Assembly (NCBI GenBank): GCA_963693055.1
Contig: OY843751.1
Span: 5,856,001 to 5,920,000, forward strand
Length of the DNA stretch: 64,000 bases
DNA from: a bacterium
GTDB taxonomy: Bacteria; Zhuqueibacterota; Zhuqueibacteria; Residuimicrobiales; Krinioviventaceae
Direction of reading: 5' to 3'
Below are positions 42,188 through 50,964 of the stretch, in pieces. The number at the start of each line of letters is the position of its first letter. Positions within the stretch are counted from its first letter, which is position 1. Made by a program: the position numbers and the translations under genes. The notes under the pieces were generated by a model. The model was not told the DNA's origin, did not search any database, and saw only the letters and a program-made list of their open reading frames with translations.

Positions 42188-43133
42188 GTACCAACTCCAT
42201 ATCATCCAGAATGATCTTTTTAAACCGGACCACAACACTATCTGTAATAGTATGTGTTGATGAGAAATACCCAAATCCGCCACCATGAATGTTATCATTT
42301 TCTCCGGATTTCATCCCTTTACTGATATAGTTTTCAATTATACTGTTTGAATTATTCAAGTCGCTATAAGATAATGCCGGGTACGGCAGATTAGTGGAAT
42401 CATAAGCAACTATTGACAGTCTAATTTGTTCCGTCCATTCGGATACCAGAGTGTCTCTTGTGCTTGCATGCTTAAAAGCCGGTAGCATAGAATTAGAGTC
42501 AAATGAGGAAATCCCATAATAATTCATTCTGATGGAATACCAGAAAGCATTCTCGCTTTTACTGTAGCGAATTTGCGGGGAGACATACTCTGAAATCGAA
42601 AAATAGGGGTAGTACTTTTGCGTGTAACCTTTATAAATATACTCCAACGTGTCCGGCATTTCTTCTTTTAACAAACGAAATTCTCCCGGTAAATAGGTAT
42701 AGGCATACAATAGAACATCTTTATTGATACGCGCGGAAATATCATATCGCTGTCCAGGGATAATATCGACCTGCTCCTGTTCATCCCCATAAACACCGGG
42801 CTGTAATTCGTCCAGCACCGCGCTCTGGTTGTTGCCACTAAGGGTAACAACCGCGCCGCTTACATCCTCCGGCATGGTCTCGGGTAGTGAATAGCCCACC
42901 ACCGCGCCGTTCGGTGAAATATCGGGTGAAATCTGACTGATCAGATAATAGGTACCCATTGAATCCGGATCTACCAATATCGGATCATGGGTGCAGGAAA
43001 GAATACCTAACATCAGAAAGATTGTTATCTTTATTAATCGAAAATTATTCAAGTACCAACTCCATATCATCCAGAATGATCTTTTTAAACCGGACCACAA
43101 CACTATCTGTAATAGTATGTGTTGATGAGAAAT
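42105..43133. repeat. 164-bp exact direct repeat (42105-42268 = 42970-43133), period 865 bp
   Basis: Base-by-base comparison of the two gene junctions. Confidence 0.9.
42180..43052 (-). CDS. DUF4249-like lipoprotein, tandem copy B (mosaic)
   Basis: Same signal peptide as copy C; same C-terminus as copy A. Confidence 0.75.
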   Translation of the reverse strand: MNNFRLIKITIFLMLGILSCTHDPILVDPDSMGTYYLISQISPDISPNGAVVGYSLPETMPEDVSGAVVTLSGNNQSAVLDELQPGVYGDEQEQVDIIPGQRYDISARINKDVLLYAYTYLPGEFRLLKEEMPDTLEYIYKGYTQKYYPYFSISEYVSPQIRYSKSENAFWYSIRMNYYGISSFDSNSMLPAFKHASTRDTLVSEWTEQIRLSIVAYDSTNLPYPALSYSDLNNSNSIIENYISKGMKSGENDNIHGGGFGYFSSTHTITDSVVVRFKKIILDDMELVLE

Positions 43134-43932
43134 GCCCGAACCCGCCGCCCTTTATATTATCGTTATGACCTTCATTGTAGCCCCACTCTGTCATATACTT
43201 TTCAATACCGCCATTTTGGTTATTAAAATCTGTAGATGGATTTGTTTTAAATGGTAGGTATGTTGAATCAAATGCCGTTATTGAAAATACACAGGTACTG
43301 TCCCATTCGCAATATTCAGGATCGTCAAAATGCTTGTACCTTGGATAATAATTTGCAGGTAAATATGAAGATGTTTGAAATGAATCCAAAGTTTCAGATT
43401 TTTTATCTGCATGCCAGGTCAATTGATATACAAACGCATGTTCACTATTACTCCATTTTATCAAAGGTGGTTCAACCTCTTTAACAAAAAACAAAAAACT
43501 ATCAAATCTTTTATAATACAGTCCTTTTAACAAATACACCAATGTATCCGGCATGTTTTCTTTTAATACAAAAAAATCTCCCGGTAAATAGGTATGGGCA
43601 TACAACAGCACATCCTCATTAATGCGCGCGGAAATATCGTACCGCTCGCCCGGTACAACATCAACCATTTTCTGATCATCCGCATATACACCGGGTTGCA
43701 ACTCGCTCAGTACCACGTTCTGACCGTTTCCGGCAAGGGTAACCTCCGCACCGCTTACATCCTCCGGCATGGTCTCGGGCAAAGAATATCCCACCACCGC
43801 ACCGTTCGGGGAAATATTGGGCGAAATCTGACTGATGAGATAATAGGTGCCCATGGAGTCCGGGTCCACCAGTATCGGATCATGAGTGCAGGAAAGATGC
43901 AGTAAAACAAAGACTAAAATCCCTCTTTTCAT
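43045..43932 (-). CDS. DUF4249-like lipoprotein, tandem copy A
   Basis: MKRGILVFVLLHLS-C lipobox; paralogous to copies B and C. Confidence 0.75.
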   Translation of the reverse strand: MKRGILVFVLLHLSCTHDPILVDPDSMGTYYLISQISPNISPNGAVVGYSLPETMPEDVSGAEVTLAGNGQNVVLSELQPGVYADDQKMVDVVPGERYDISARINEDVLLYAHTYLPGDFFVLKENMPDTLVYLLKGLYYKRFDSFLFFVKEVEPPLIKWSNSEHAFVYQLTWHADKKSETLDSFQTSSYLPANYYPRYKHFDDPEYCEWDSTCVFSITAFDSTYLPFKTNPSTDFNNQNGGIEKYMTEWGYNEGHNDNIKGGGFGHFSSTHTITDSVVVRFKKIILDDMELVLE

Positions 43933-45276
43933 CTAATTATAAATCCGTATTTGTTTTGACTTACTATCAATGATTAACAAATAATCCCCAAAAACCTTGT
44001 AAAACTCGTGTGAAGGTAATCCATTTGCCAGGATCTCCCCTGTGTTGATATCCAGTTGATAATGTTCACACCAATCTTTATCGTATTTGGGATAACAGGA
44101 AAAAAATAAATTATTTTCATTAATAAAGATATCTTTAACGGCCATCAATCTCTTTTTATTTATAGACCAGCGTTCTTTTTGCGTGTTTATATCAAAGCAA
44201 CCAATATGCATTTGGTGATTTTTGTAATATCTTGTTAAAAGCAAATGATCATTAATAAACTCATATCCATGTACTACTCTTTTAAAATCCGTCAAGACAA
44301 CATCATTTCCATAAAGATTTACAACATTCACAAAAAGTTCAAGATTCATCAACGAATCCACTTCCATCTTTGTTGTTTTAAAAGCAACAAGATATTTACT
44401 TTTGTTCAAGTTAAAACAATCATCACAAACATCATTAACATCCAAAAACGCTTTCCCATCATCAGAAATCAACCATCTTTGAAATGTCACTGTCTTTGTT
44501 TCAATATTATAATTCACAAACTGTAACGGAAATCTTATATATTTCTTTTTGTGAAACTGTTCCAACTGTTTCTCAAAGAATTCATCACTTTTCATTAACA
44601 ATTCAAATTGAGAACCATTATTCATGTGTTGGTAATACATTTCCCGAAATTGTTCTTTATAATTTTCTTCCTGCTCTCTAGTACGAACACGAAATCTTTT
44701 GGACAGCAACAAACAAACTGTTGAATTACTTGAAAAAGCCGCATGAAAGAAACTGTATTTATGAGAATTAATTGAATTGGGTATTGGTTCCCCTGTTTCC
44801 ATATCAAGGATTAAAAAATTACCATCCATTTCATCATTACTGATCCCTTTGGTAATTCCATATTTACCATCATCATTGATTTCAAAAGGTTGATCTACAA
44901 GCTCACGACTCCACAATTCATCACCATTACTATTCAGACAGGTAAACGTAATAAAATCCCCCATCTTCCATCCATGCTTGATCAATATTTTATCAGAATG
45001 GGTGCTAATATAAACATCTTTAATACATTCCTGATTTCGTTTCCATGAAAATTGTCCTCGCATATCATAGCAGCAAACAATTCGTTTTATTTTCCCTGTA
45101 ATGGTAATAATTACTTTTTCATTGGATAAAATTTTGATCAGTTCATCATCACTATATTCTATATGTCCCACCTGTTGTTTGTCGGCAAAGGAATTCTGCA
45201 ATGCAAGTGGAACTTGCTGGTAAAGTCCATTAATAATCATTATCATATTTAATAATATTATTAAGCGCAAAATCAC
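43933..45276 (-). CDS. Hypothetical exported protein, PQQ-like beta-propeller repeats
   Basis: G.ELW and D..TGE repeats; AT-rich; paralog of the upstream gene. Confidence 0.6.
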   Translation of the reverse strand: MILRLIILLNMIMIINGLYQQVPLALQNSFADKQQVGHIEYSDDELIKILSNEKVIITITGKIKRIVCCYDMRGQFSWKRNQECIKDVYISTHSDKILIKHGWKMGDFITFTCLNSNGDELWSRELVDQPFEINDDGKYGITKGISNDEMDGNFLILDMETGEPIPNSINSHKYSFFHAAFSSNSTVCLLLSKRFRVRTREQEENYKEQFREMYYQHMNNGSQFELLMKSDEFFEKQLEQFHKKKYIRFPLQFVNYNIETKTVTFQRWLISDDGKAFLDVNDVCDDCFNLNKSKYLVAFKTTKMEVDSLMNLELFVNVVNLYGNDVVLTDFKRVVHGYEFINDHLLLTRYYKNHQMHIGCFDINTQKERWSINKKRLMAVKDIFINENNLFFSCYPKYDKDWCEHYQLDINTGEILANGLPSHEFYKVFGDYLLIIDSKSKQIRIYN

Positions 45277-45288
45277 ATCCCCCTTTTA

Positions 45289-46620
45289 TCAATTCATCAA
45301 ATACAATATATGTTCAGTTTTTGAAAAAACAATTATTGTACTTCCCGGGAAATATAAATACTCATTCCACTTGCCAGACATCTCACCAGTTAATGAAATC
45401 AGACTACACAACATCGAATTCATATAATTTTTGTTACAACTTGAAATCACAAGATTGGTATCAGTTAAAACACAACTTTTAATCTTTCCTTTTATCAGAT
45501 CGCTTGCACTAATCTCCCACTTTTTTTGATGTTTGATATAGTCGTATAATTGAATTTTCTTATTTGCTCTTACACCATGAAATATTATCATTAAAGAATC
45601 ATCAACAATTTTCATTGAATGAATAGTTGGAAATTGTTTTATTTCACCTAACAATTCACCTCTTTTAGTAAAAACCAGGGCAACATCATTTGGCCTTGCA
45701 GGCCCTTTATTACTTCCATAATTAAAATCGATAATTATGCGGTCTTTTTGATTTGAAACACTTAAATCACCTTTTGATTTTTTCCATAAAAGCTTACCAT
45801 TTTTAGTAAATAACTCTTTTGATACTGATATACCATTTTCCTTTATTTTATAGAGTTGAAACTTTACCGGTTTATATTCAAGATCTTTACAATTCCTGCG
45901 TTTGTTTTTTAAATAAGCAATGTCCCTCTTGTTTTTTTTGATCTCTTTTCTATCAGACAATGTTTCTCGTTTTGCTTCCAAAGTCATTATTTCCTGATCT
46001 ATGAGATCTATCTTTTTCTCATCATAAACTACTTCCGTTTCCTGTAAAAGAACCAGTATCGTATTATCATCTATGAATTCCGCAAAAAAATTACTGTTAC
46101 TATTTTGGAATATTGTTTGAATTTCATTACCGGTTTGTGCATCAAACAATTGAAATTCTCCAATTCCGGTATCTCCACTTTTCATGGTTGTTATTGCATA
46201 AAGCCCGGAATCAGAAATTTTTAATCCGGGTGCTGTGATTTGTTTTTGCCATTTTTGGGTCCCCTTCTTATCATAACAAGTATGCGTATAATAATCATTT
46301 TTCCAATCGTGTATCACAATAATATTATTAGCGTTTTTATCCATTGTTACTGCGTAAACCCGTTCATGTTGTTTTTGCCATAACATATTTCCTGCATTAT
46401 CAAATAAATTTACAATATTTAACTGGTCGTCCTTTTCATCGGAACAGACCACAACAAAGCCCTGATTACCTGTCTGAAAATCCGCTACAACGTCATCTTT
46501 GAAATCAATGGTTTTAATAATCTCTTTACTATTAAACAATTGCTTCATTTCTACTGGTAGCTCCTGGCAAATTCCATTTACTACCCAGACCCATATAAAC
46601 ATCAAAACCATACGCGGCAA
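45289..46620 (-). CDS. Hypothetical exported protein, PQQ-like beta-propeller repeats
   Basis: G.MLW, G.QKW and DAQTG repeats; AT-rich. Confidence 0.6.
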   Translation of the reverse strand: MPRMVLMFIWVWVVNGICQELPVEMKQLFNSKEIIKTIDFKDDVVADFQTGNQGFVVVCSDEKDDQLNIVNLFDNAGNMLWQKQHERVYAVTMDKNANNIIVIHDWKNDYYTHTCYDKKGTQKWQKQITAPGLKISDSGLYAITTMKSGDTGIGEFQLFDAQTGNEIQTIFQNSNSNFFAEFIDDNTILVLLQETEVVYDEKKIDLIDQEIMTLEAKRETLSDRKEIKKNKRDIAYLKNKRRNCKDLEYKPVKFQLYKIKENGISVSKELFTKNGKLLWKKSKGDLSVSNQKDRIIIDFNYGSNKGPARPNDVALVFTKRGELLGEIKQFPTIHSMKIVDDSLMIIFHGVRANKKIQLYDYIKHQKKWEISASDLIKGKIKSCVLTDTNLVISSCNKNYMNSMLCSLISLTGEMSGKWNEYLYFPGSTIIVFSKTEHILYLMN

Positions 46621-46724
46621 AATACACCCCTGCTCTATTTAAATCAATGAATCTATTATTCCAGAATTTCTGCCCCTGGATTTAACAAGTTACACATCCG
46701 GTTTAAATTTCACAACTATTTTAT

Positions 46725-46738
46725 CGAACATGTGTTCG
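46725..46738. promoter_or_regulatory. Candidate Gram-positive-type LexA (Cheo) box
   Basis: CGAACATGTGTTCG matches CGAACRNRYGTTCG. Confidence 0.4.
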
Positions 46739-46785
46739 GTTCTTTGACGTCCTAAAGAACCAAAACGTTTACCCCGGTTTTAAAA

Positions 46786-47196
46786 TTATGGTGTGAAAGC
46801 ACTCATCCCCGCCAGCACCAGTTCATAATCCTGCCCGATGATGACGGTCACATTAGCAATGGCGGAAGGATCGTTCAGATAAAACTGGCGGCCCTCGGGC
46901 AGTTTGAGTCTCGCTTCTAAAAGCGGTAGTTCCTTTTTCAACCGTTTGCTGCGCACCACCAGACGGGTTTTGGGCACATCAAAGCGTTCCGCATTGTCTA
47001 CCCGCACCACATTAAAATCCTGCAGCTTTTCCGCAAATGTCTGGGCTATTCCCGGTTTGCCGCAGCCATTCAAGATCTCTAACGAGATGGGTTCGGACTG
47101 GGCCTTTTTGTAGAACCAGGAAGAAATAAATATGGTATTGACAGCAATCAGCAGAAAAATAAGAAAATTTAAACGCTGTTTCTTTTTCACGCTCAT
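46786..47196 (-). CDS. LytR C-terminal domain protein
   Basis: N-terminal TM helix, EILNGCGKPGIA, NA..F, VTVIIGQDY. Confidence 0.88.
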   Translation of the reverse strand: MSVKKKQRLNFLIFLLIAVNTIFISSWFYKKAQSEPISLEILNGCGKPGIAQTFAEKLQDFNVVRVDNAERFDVPKTRLVVRSKRLKKELPLLEARLKLPEGRQFYLNDPSAIANVTVIIGQDYELVLAGMSAFTP

Positions 47197-47229
47197 ACGC
47201 TGTTTCCCCTTGTCTTTTCAATCTAATTT

Positions 47230-48912
47230 CTAGCTGGTATATAAAAACCGTTTTATCTTTTGTGTTGGTGTTTTTTCAAACGGTTCTGTTTGCTCAATAA
47301 GCTTGTTCAGTCTTGAAAAAGCGGTAACCTTTTCGTTTACTGCATTTCGGATCTTTTTAAGCAATTCCTGAATGTTCTTTTTCATCTCTAATTCACTTTC
47401 ACAGGCGAAATCGGTATCAATCGCATCGTAATTCAGGTGCACGCGTGCTGCCAGTTTACCGCGATCATTAAACACCAGAGATTCCAGCACATACTCGCAC
47501 TGGTTGATCAGGGTTTCTACTTCTTCCGGGTAAATATTTTCACCACTGGGACCAATAATCACATTCTTGGAGCGGCCCTTGATATAGACAAAATCATCCT
47601 TGTCGAAAATTGCCAAATCACCCGTCTTGAACCAACCGTCCGGAGTAAATACCTGTTTGGTCAGTTCAGGATCTTTAAAATAACCGAGCATAATATTGGG
47701 CCCCTTGGCCTGTAATTCACCTTCTATACGATAAGGATCCTGCGAGGCAATCCGAAGACTCACTCCGGGCCCCGCAGGTCCGGTAGAGCCAATGCGGGTA
47801 ACATCGGGTGATGCACCGGCAAGCAGGGGTGAGGTCTCGGTCAATCCATATCCAATAGCATAAGGAAAGCCGCTGTCTTTTAAAAAGATCTCTACGTCCG
47901 TAGCCAGTTTGGCACCGCCAATACCGAAAAACCGCATACGTCCGCCAAAAGATTTGTACAACTTTTTACCGGCAATTTTGTGCAACTGTTTGCGCATTAA
48001 AGGATTTTGATACAACGTCCGCATCAATTTAGACTTTTGGAACTGGGGCAATATTCTGTTTTTAAATATTTTTTCAATAACCAATGGAACGCTTAGCATA
48101 ACCGTGGGACGAATTTTTGCCATAGCATCCAGCAAAAGCCGCGGAGATGGGGGTTTATCAAAATAATTTATCAATCCGCCGCCGTAAAAAACCACAAGCA
48201 TACCCACTGTGCATTCATAGGTATGAGAAAGCGGTAAAATAGACAAAGTTTGATCAGTAGGTTGAATGGCAAAAATACCGGTAGAAATGATAGTATTCGA
48301 AACAAGATTTTTATGAGAAAGCATAACTCCTTTTGAATGACCGGTTGTGCCGGATGTATAAATAATACATGCAAGATCATCTTCTTCAATCTCGGTATCT
48401 CCCCTGCCCGCCATTTTCAAGGCCGCGTTTTTTAATCGGGTAAAATCTTTTGATCGCTCTTTGAGCATATCACGCACACCATCTTTGGTGGTTTTGGGAT
48501 TTATTTTTGATAACGTTTCCATCAAAAACACATTATCTACAGATACCGGTTCTTCTTGCTGAATTTTATCATACTGTCGCTCTGAAATAAAAAGAGCTTT
48601 ACAGCCGGAATGACGGAGAATATGTCTCACCTGGTCAGGCTGAAAATCGGGCAAAATGGGTACAGCCACCGCACCCATGGTCGTTACAGCAAAATAGGTA
48701 ATGACCCAATTGGGCCGGTTTTCGCTCAAAATAGCAACACGGTCACCTTTTTGGATACCGTTGTTTTTCAGGATAGCAGACAGGTGCTTGACCTGTTCAC
48801 CCACTTGTTCATAGGTAATAGGTGCATCCCCAATGAGGGTCATGGCAGAATACGCTCCATGCCTGGAGATAACATAGTCTAAAAAGGATTTTAAGGTAAG
48901 TTTTGATAACAC
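47230..48912 (-). CDS. Long-chain fatty acid--CoA ligase (AMP-binding)
   Basis: YTSGTTGHSKG, GYGLTETSP, GWFKTGD, GRSKN, GENIYPEE, KTPTQKIKR. Confidence 0.92.
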   Translation of the reverse strand: MLSKLTLKSFLDYVISRHGAYSAMTLIGDAPITYEQVGEQVKHLSAILKNNGIQKGDRVAILSENRPNWVITYFAVTTMGAVAVPILPDFQPDQVRHILRHSGCKALFISERQYDKIQQEEPVSVDNVFLMETLSKINPKTTKDGVRDMLKERSKDFTRLKNAALKMAGRGDTEIEEDDLACIIYTSGTTGHSKGVMLSHKNLVSNTIISTGIFAIQPTDQTLSILPLSHTYECTVGMLVVFYGGGLINYFDKPPSPRLLLDAMAKIRPTVMLSVPLVIEKIFKNRILPQFQKSKLMRTLYQNPLMRKQLHKIAGKKLYKSFGGRMRFFGIGGAKLATDVEIFLKDSGFPYAIGYGLTETSPLLAGASPDVTRIGSTGPAGPGVSLRIASQDPYRIEGELQAKGPNIMLGYFKDPELTKQVFTPDGWFKTGDLAIFDKDDFVYIKGRSKNVIIGPSGENIYPEEVETLINQCEYVLESLVFNDRGKLAARVHLNYDAIDTDFACESELEMKKNIQELLKKIRNAVNEKVTAFSRLNKLIEQTEPFEKTPTQKIKRFLYTS

Positions 48913-48990
48913 AACAAGCTCCTTGTTTTCAGTAGAATAAAATATCACATCTGAAAACAAGAAGCAAGTTTTTATTACAAATACAATTTG

Positions 48991-50529
48991 TTATTGATTA
49001 TTTTCCTTACGGTGGAACGCTTTATGGTAACCTGTAATAATGGCTTGATACAAAAAGCCGGGTTTGTCACCGGTTGTACCCAGATAAATATGAACAATCA
49101 TAAACAGCACAAACATCACTGCAACAAAATAGTGCATGAGTGCAATAAAACCCAATCCACCAATTCCCAATAAACCAATGGGTGCAAGTTCCGGGAACAT
49201 GAGCAGTAAACCGGTTATAATAATAACCGGGAACAAAAAGAACATCACAACCAGATAACTAAAACGCTGCAATGGATTGAATTTATGCTTTACAGAACAG
49301 TGATAGGGTTTATCTTCACCTCTGAATATTCCATATACATAATACCGGGCCTGAATCAATAAGCGTTGGTGTACATTATGGGCACCCGGAATATAGTGTT
49401 TTATATTTCCATCAAAAAAGTTCATTGCCAGATAAAAAGCAAATGCAAGCATTAACAAGCGCGCTGCATTATTGTGAACATTTACAGCAACTGCAAAGCT
49501 TAATATGGATCCTTCATTAGCAAAATGCAGGCTGAAACCGGTAAATATCAATATAATAAATAAAATCGCATTCGTGGCGTGCCAGATACGAATATTCAAT
49601 TTATATATATATTCAGAATGCAGTTCGTAATCGGGGCCATTTTTCTTAATATTACGTGTAAAATAAATACGTAATGCACCATGGGCTAAAACACCTGCAA
49701 ACGCGGCAAGAAACATTAAAATGATTAAATTATCAATAAAAGTTAACCGGGTTGCGCCAATCACATATGCATTCTGAAACAAATAATAATTCATAATACG
49801 ATGCAACTGATCATCTTTAGATGCAGTTGCAGATTGATACAGCTTGTGGGTCAATATGGAATTCTGAGAGTGGCAGGAAACGCATTTATGCTGCGCTTCG
49901 TCATCTGCTACAATGTGATGTACATTTGCGTCTTCTGCAGGCGTATGACATTCCACACAACGAACTGAGCGCCAGTGGATTTCACGACTTGGTAAAAATG
50001 AATGAGAGAGATCAAGCTTTGATGCATCTTTACCTGATAAATATGCATAAATTGCAGAATCAACATGACAATTGTAACAATTGTCATTATAATATTTTAT
50101 TTCATGTTCCAGATCCTGGGTCAAAGAATCAAAGTTGGCTCTGTGAATATCATGACATTTAAAACAGTTAAAATCCTGGATCTTTTCAGCATGGTAGCTA
50201 AGTTCATACGCTTCGTGTTGTTCTTCAAATTCTTCACCATGACAATCAAGACACATAGGCGTAGAAGCTGCATCAAGCAAATGTGGAAATTCTTCAAAAC
50301 CCCCTTCTTCCGATTCAATATGACACATGGTACATTCCATCTCACCATGCGTAGCTTTTTGATATACTTCAACAGGCAGATATAAATCAAGAATCTCACC
50401 TTTTTCTGTTACCGGCTCAATACTGTTATCCGCATGACATGCCTGACACAGTTCATCATATTGAGCAAATGTAACCGAAAAAGAGAGTAGCAGCAGCAAA
50501 GTAGTAAATATTATTTTTCTTGAAATCAT
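48991..50529 (-). CDS. Heptaheme cytochrome c fused to cytochrome b (CbcA-CbcB-like)
   Basis: 7 CxxCH motifs, then a TM cytochrome b domain (RIWH, FSLH, VH, FNPLQ, LMH, VHIYL). Confidence 0.85.
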   Translation of the reverse strand: MISRKIIFTTLLLLLSFSVTFAQYDELCQACHADNSIEPVTEKGEILDLYLPVEVYQKATHGEMECTMCHIESEEGGFEEFPHLLDAASTPMCLDCHGEEFEEQHEAYELSYHAEKIQDFNCFKCHDIHRANFDSLTQDLEHEIKYYNDNCYNCHVDSAIYAYLSGKDASKLDLSHSFLPSREIHWRSVRCVECHTPAEDANVHHIVADDEAQHKCVSCHSQNSILTHKLYQSATASKDDQLHRIMNYYLFQNAYVIGATRLTFIDNLIILMFLAAFAGVLAHGALRIYFTRNIKKNGPDYELHSEYIYKLNIRIWHATNAILFIILIFTGFSLHFANEGSILSFAVAVNVHNNAARLLMLAFAFYLAMNFFDGNIKHYIPGAHNVHQRLLIQARYYVYGIFRGEDKPYHCSVKHKFNPLQRFSYLVVMFFLFPVIIITGLLLMFPELAPIGLLGIGGLGFIALMHYFVAVMFVLFMIVHIYLGTTGDKPGFLYQAIITGYHKAFHRKENNQ

Positions 50530-50545
50530 TTTCTCTTCTTTTGGT

Positions 50546-50563
50546 TTGTGAATTATTTTACAA
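50546..50563. promoter_or_regulatory. Rex-like operator
   Basis: TTGTGAA-TTAT-TTTACAA, one mismatch to TTGTGAANNNNTTCACAA. Confidence 0.55.
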
Positions 50564-50964
50564 CTTAAAATTTAACCGTTTTATCCATAATAATAAACAA
50601 AAAAACAACTTGATTGATTATGTACAGCAAAAAGCGGCATTTCTGCCATTACTAATAAGGGTTTGGGAATAATTGCAAGAAAAGCTCAAGCGCATTATGC
50701 AGATTTTCTATTTTTTTTCAAAAAATGGTATTGCGTCTGTTTAATGCTTTCTTATATTGAATATAAAGGACCTGCTTTTGTGAAAAAAAGAACAAGTGTA
50801 ACCATATAGAGCCTTGTGTTGGGACCCATCATGTTTTAATTGTGGTTCTCTAACACTATTCAAATCCTTTTGACTTTCTTTTACGGATCGCCAAGACATT
50901 CTCGTCCTGTATCAAAGCTGGCTGACTTGATATCAATTCCCAATAAACATAAACCAATGACGAG

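Noticed and set aside
41330-43932. Diversity-generating retroelement behind the lipoprotein variation
   Set aside because: In the segment I compared, differences between copies are not adenine-specific, and no reverse transcriptase is in the window.
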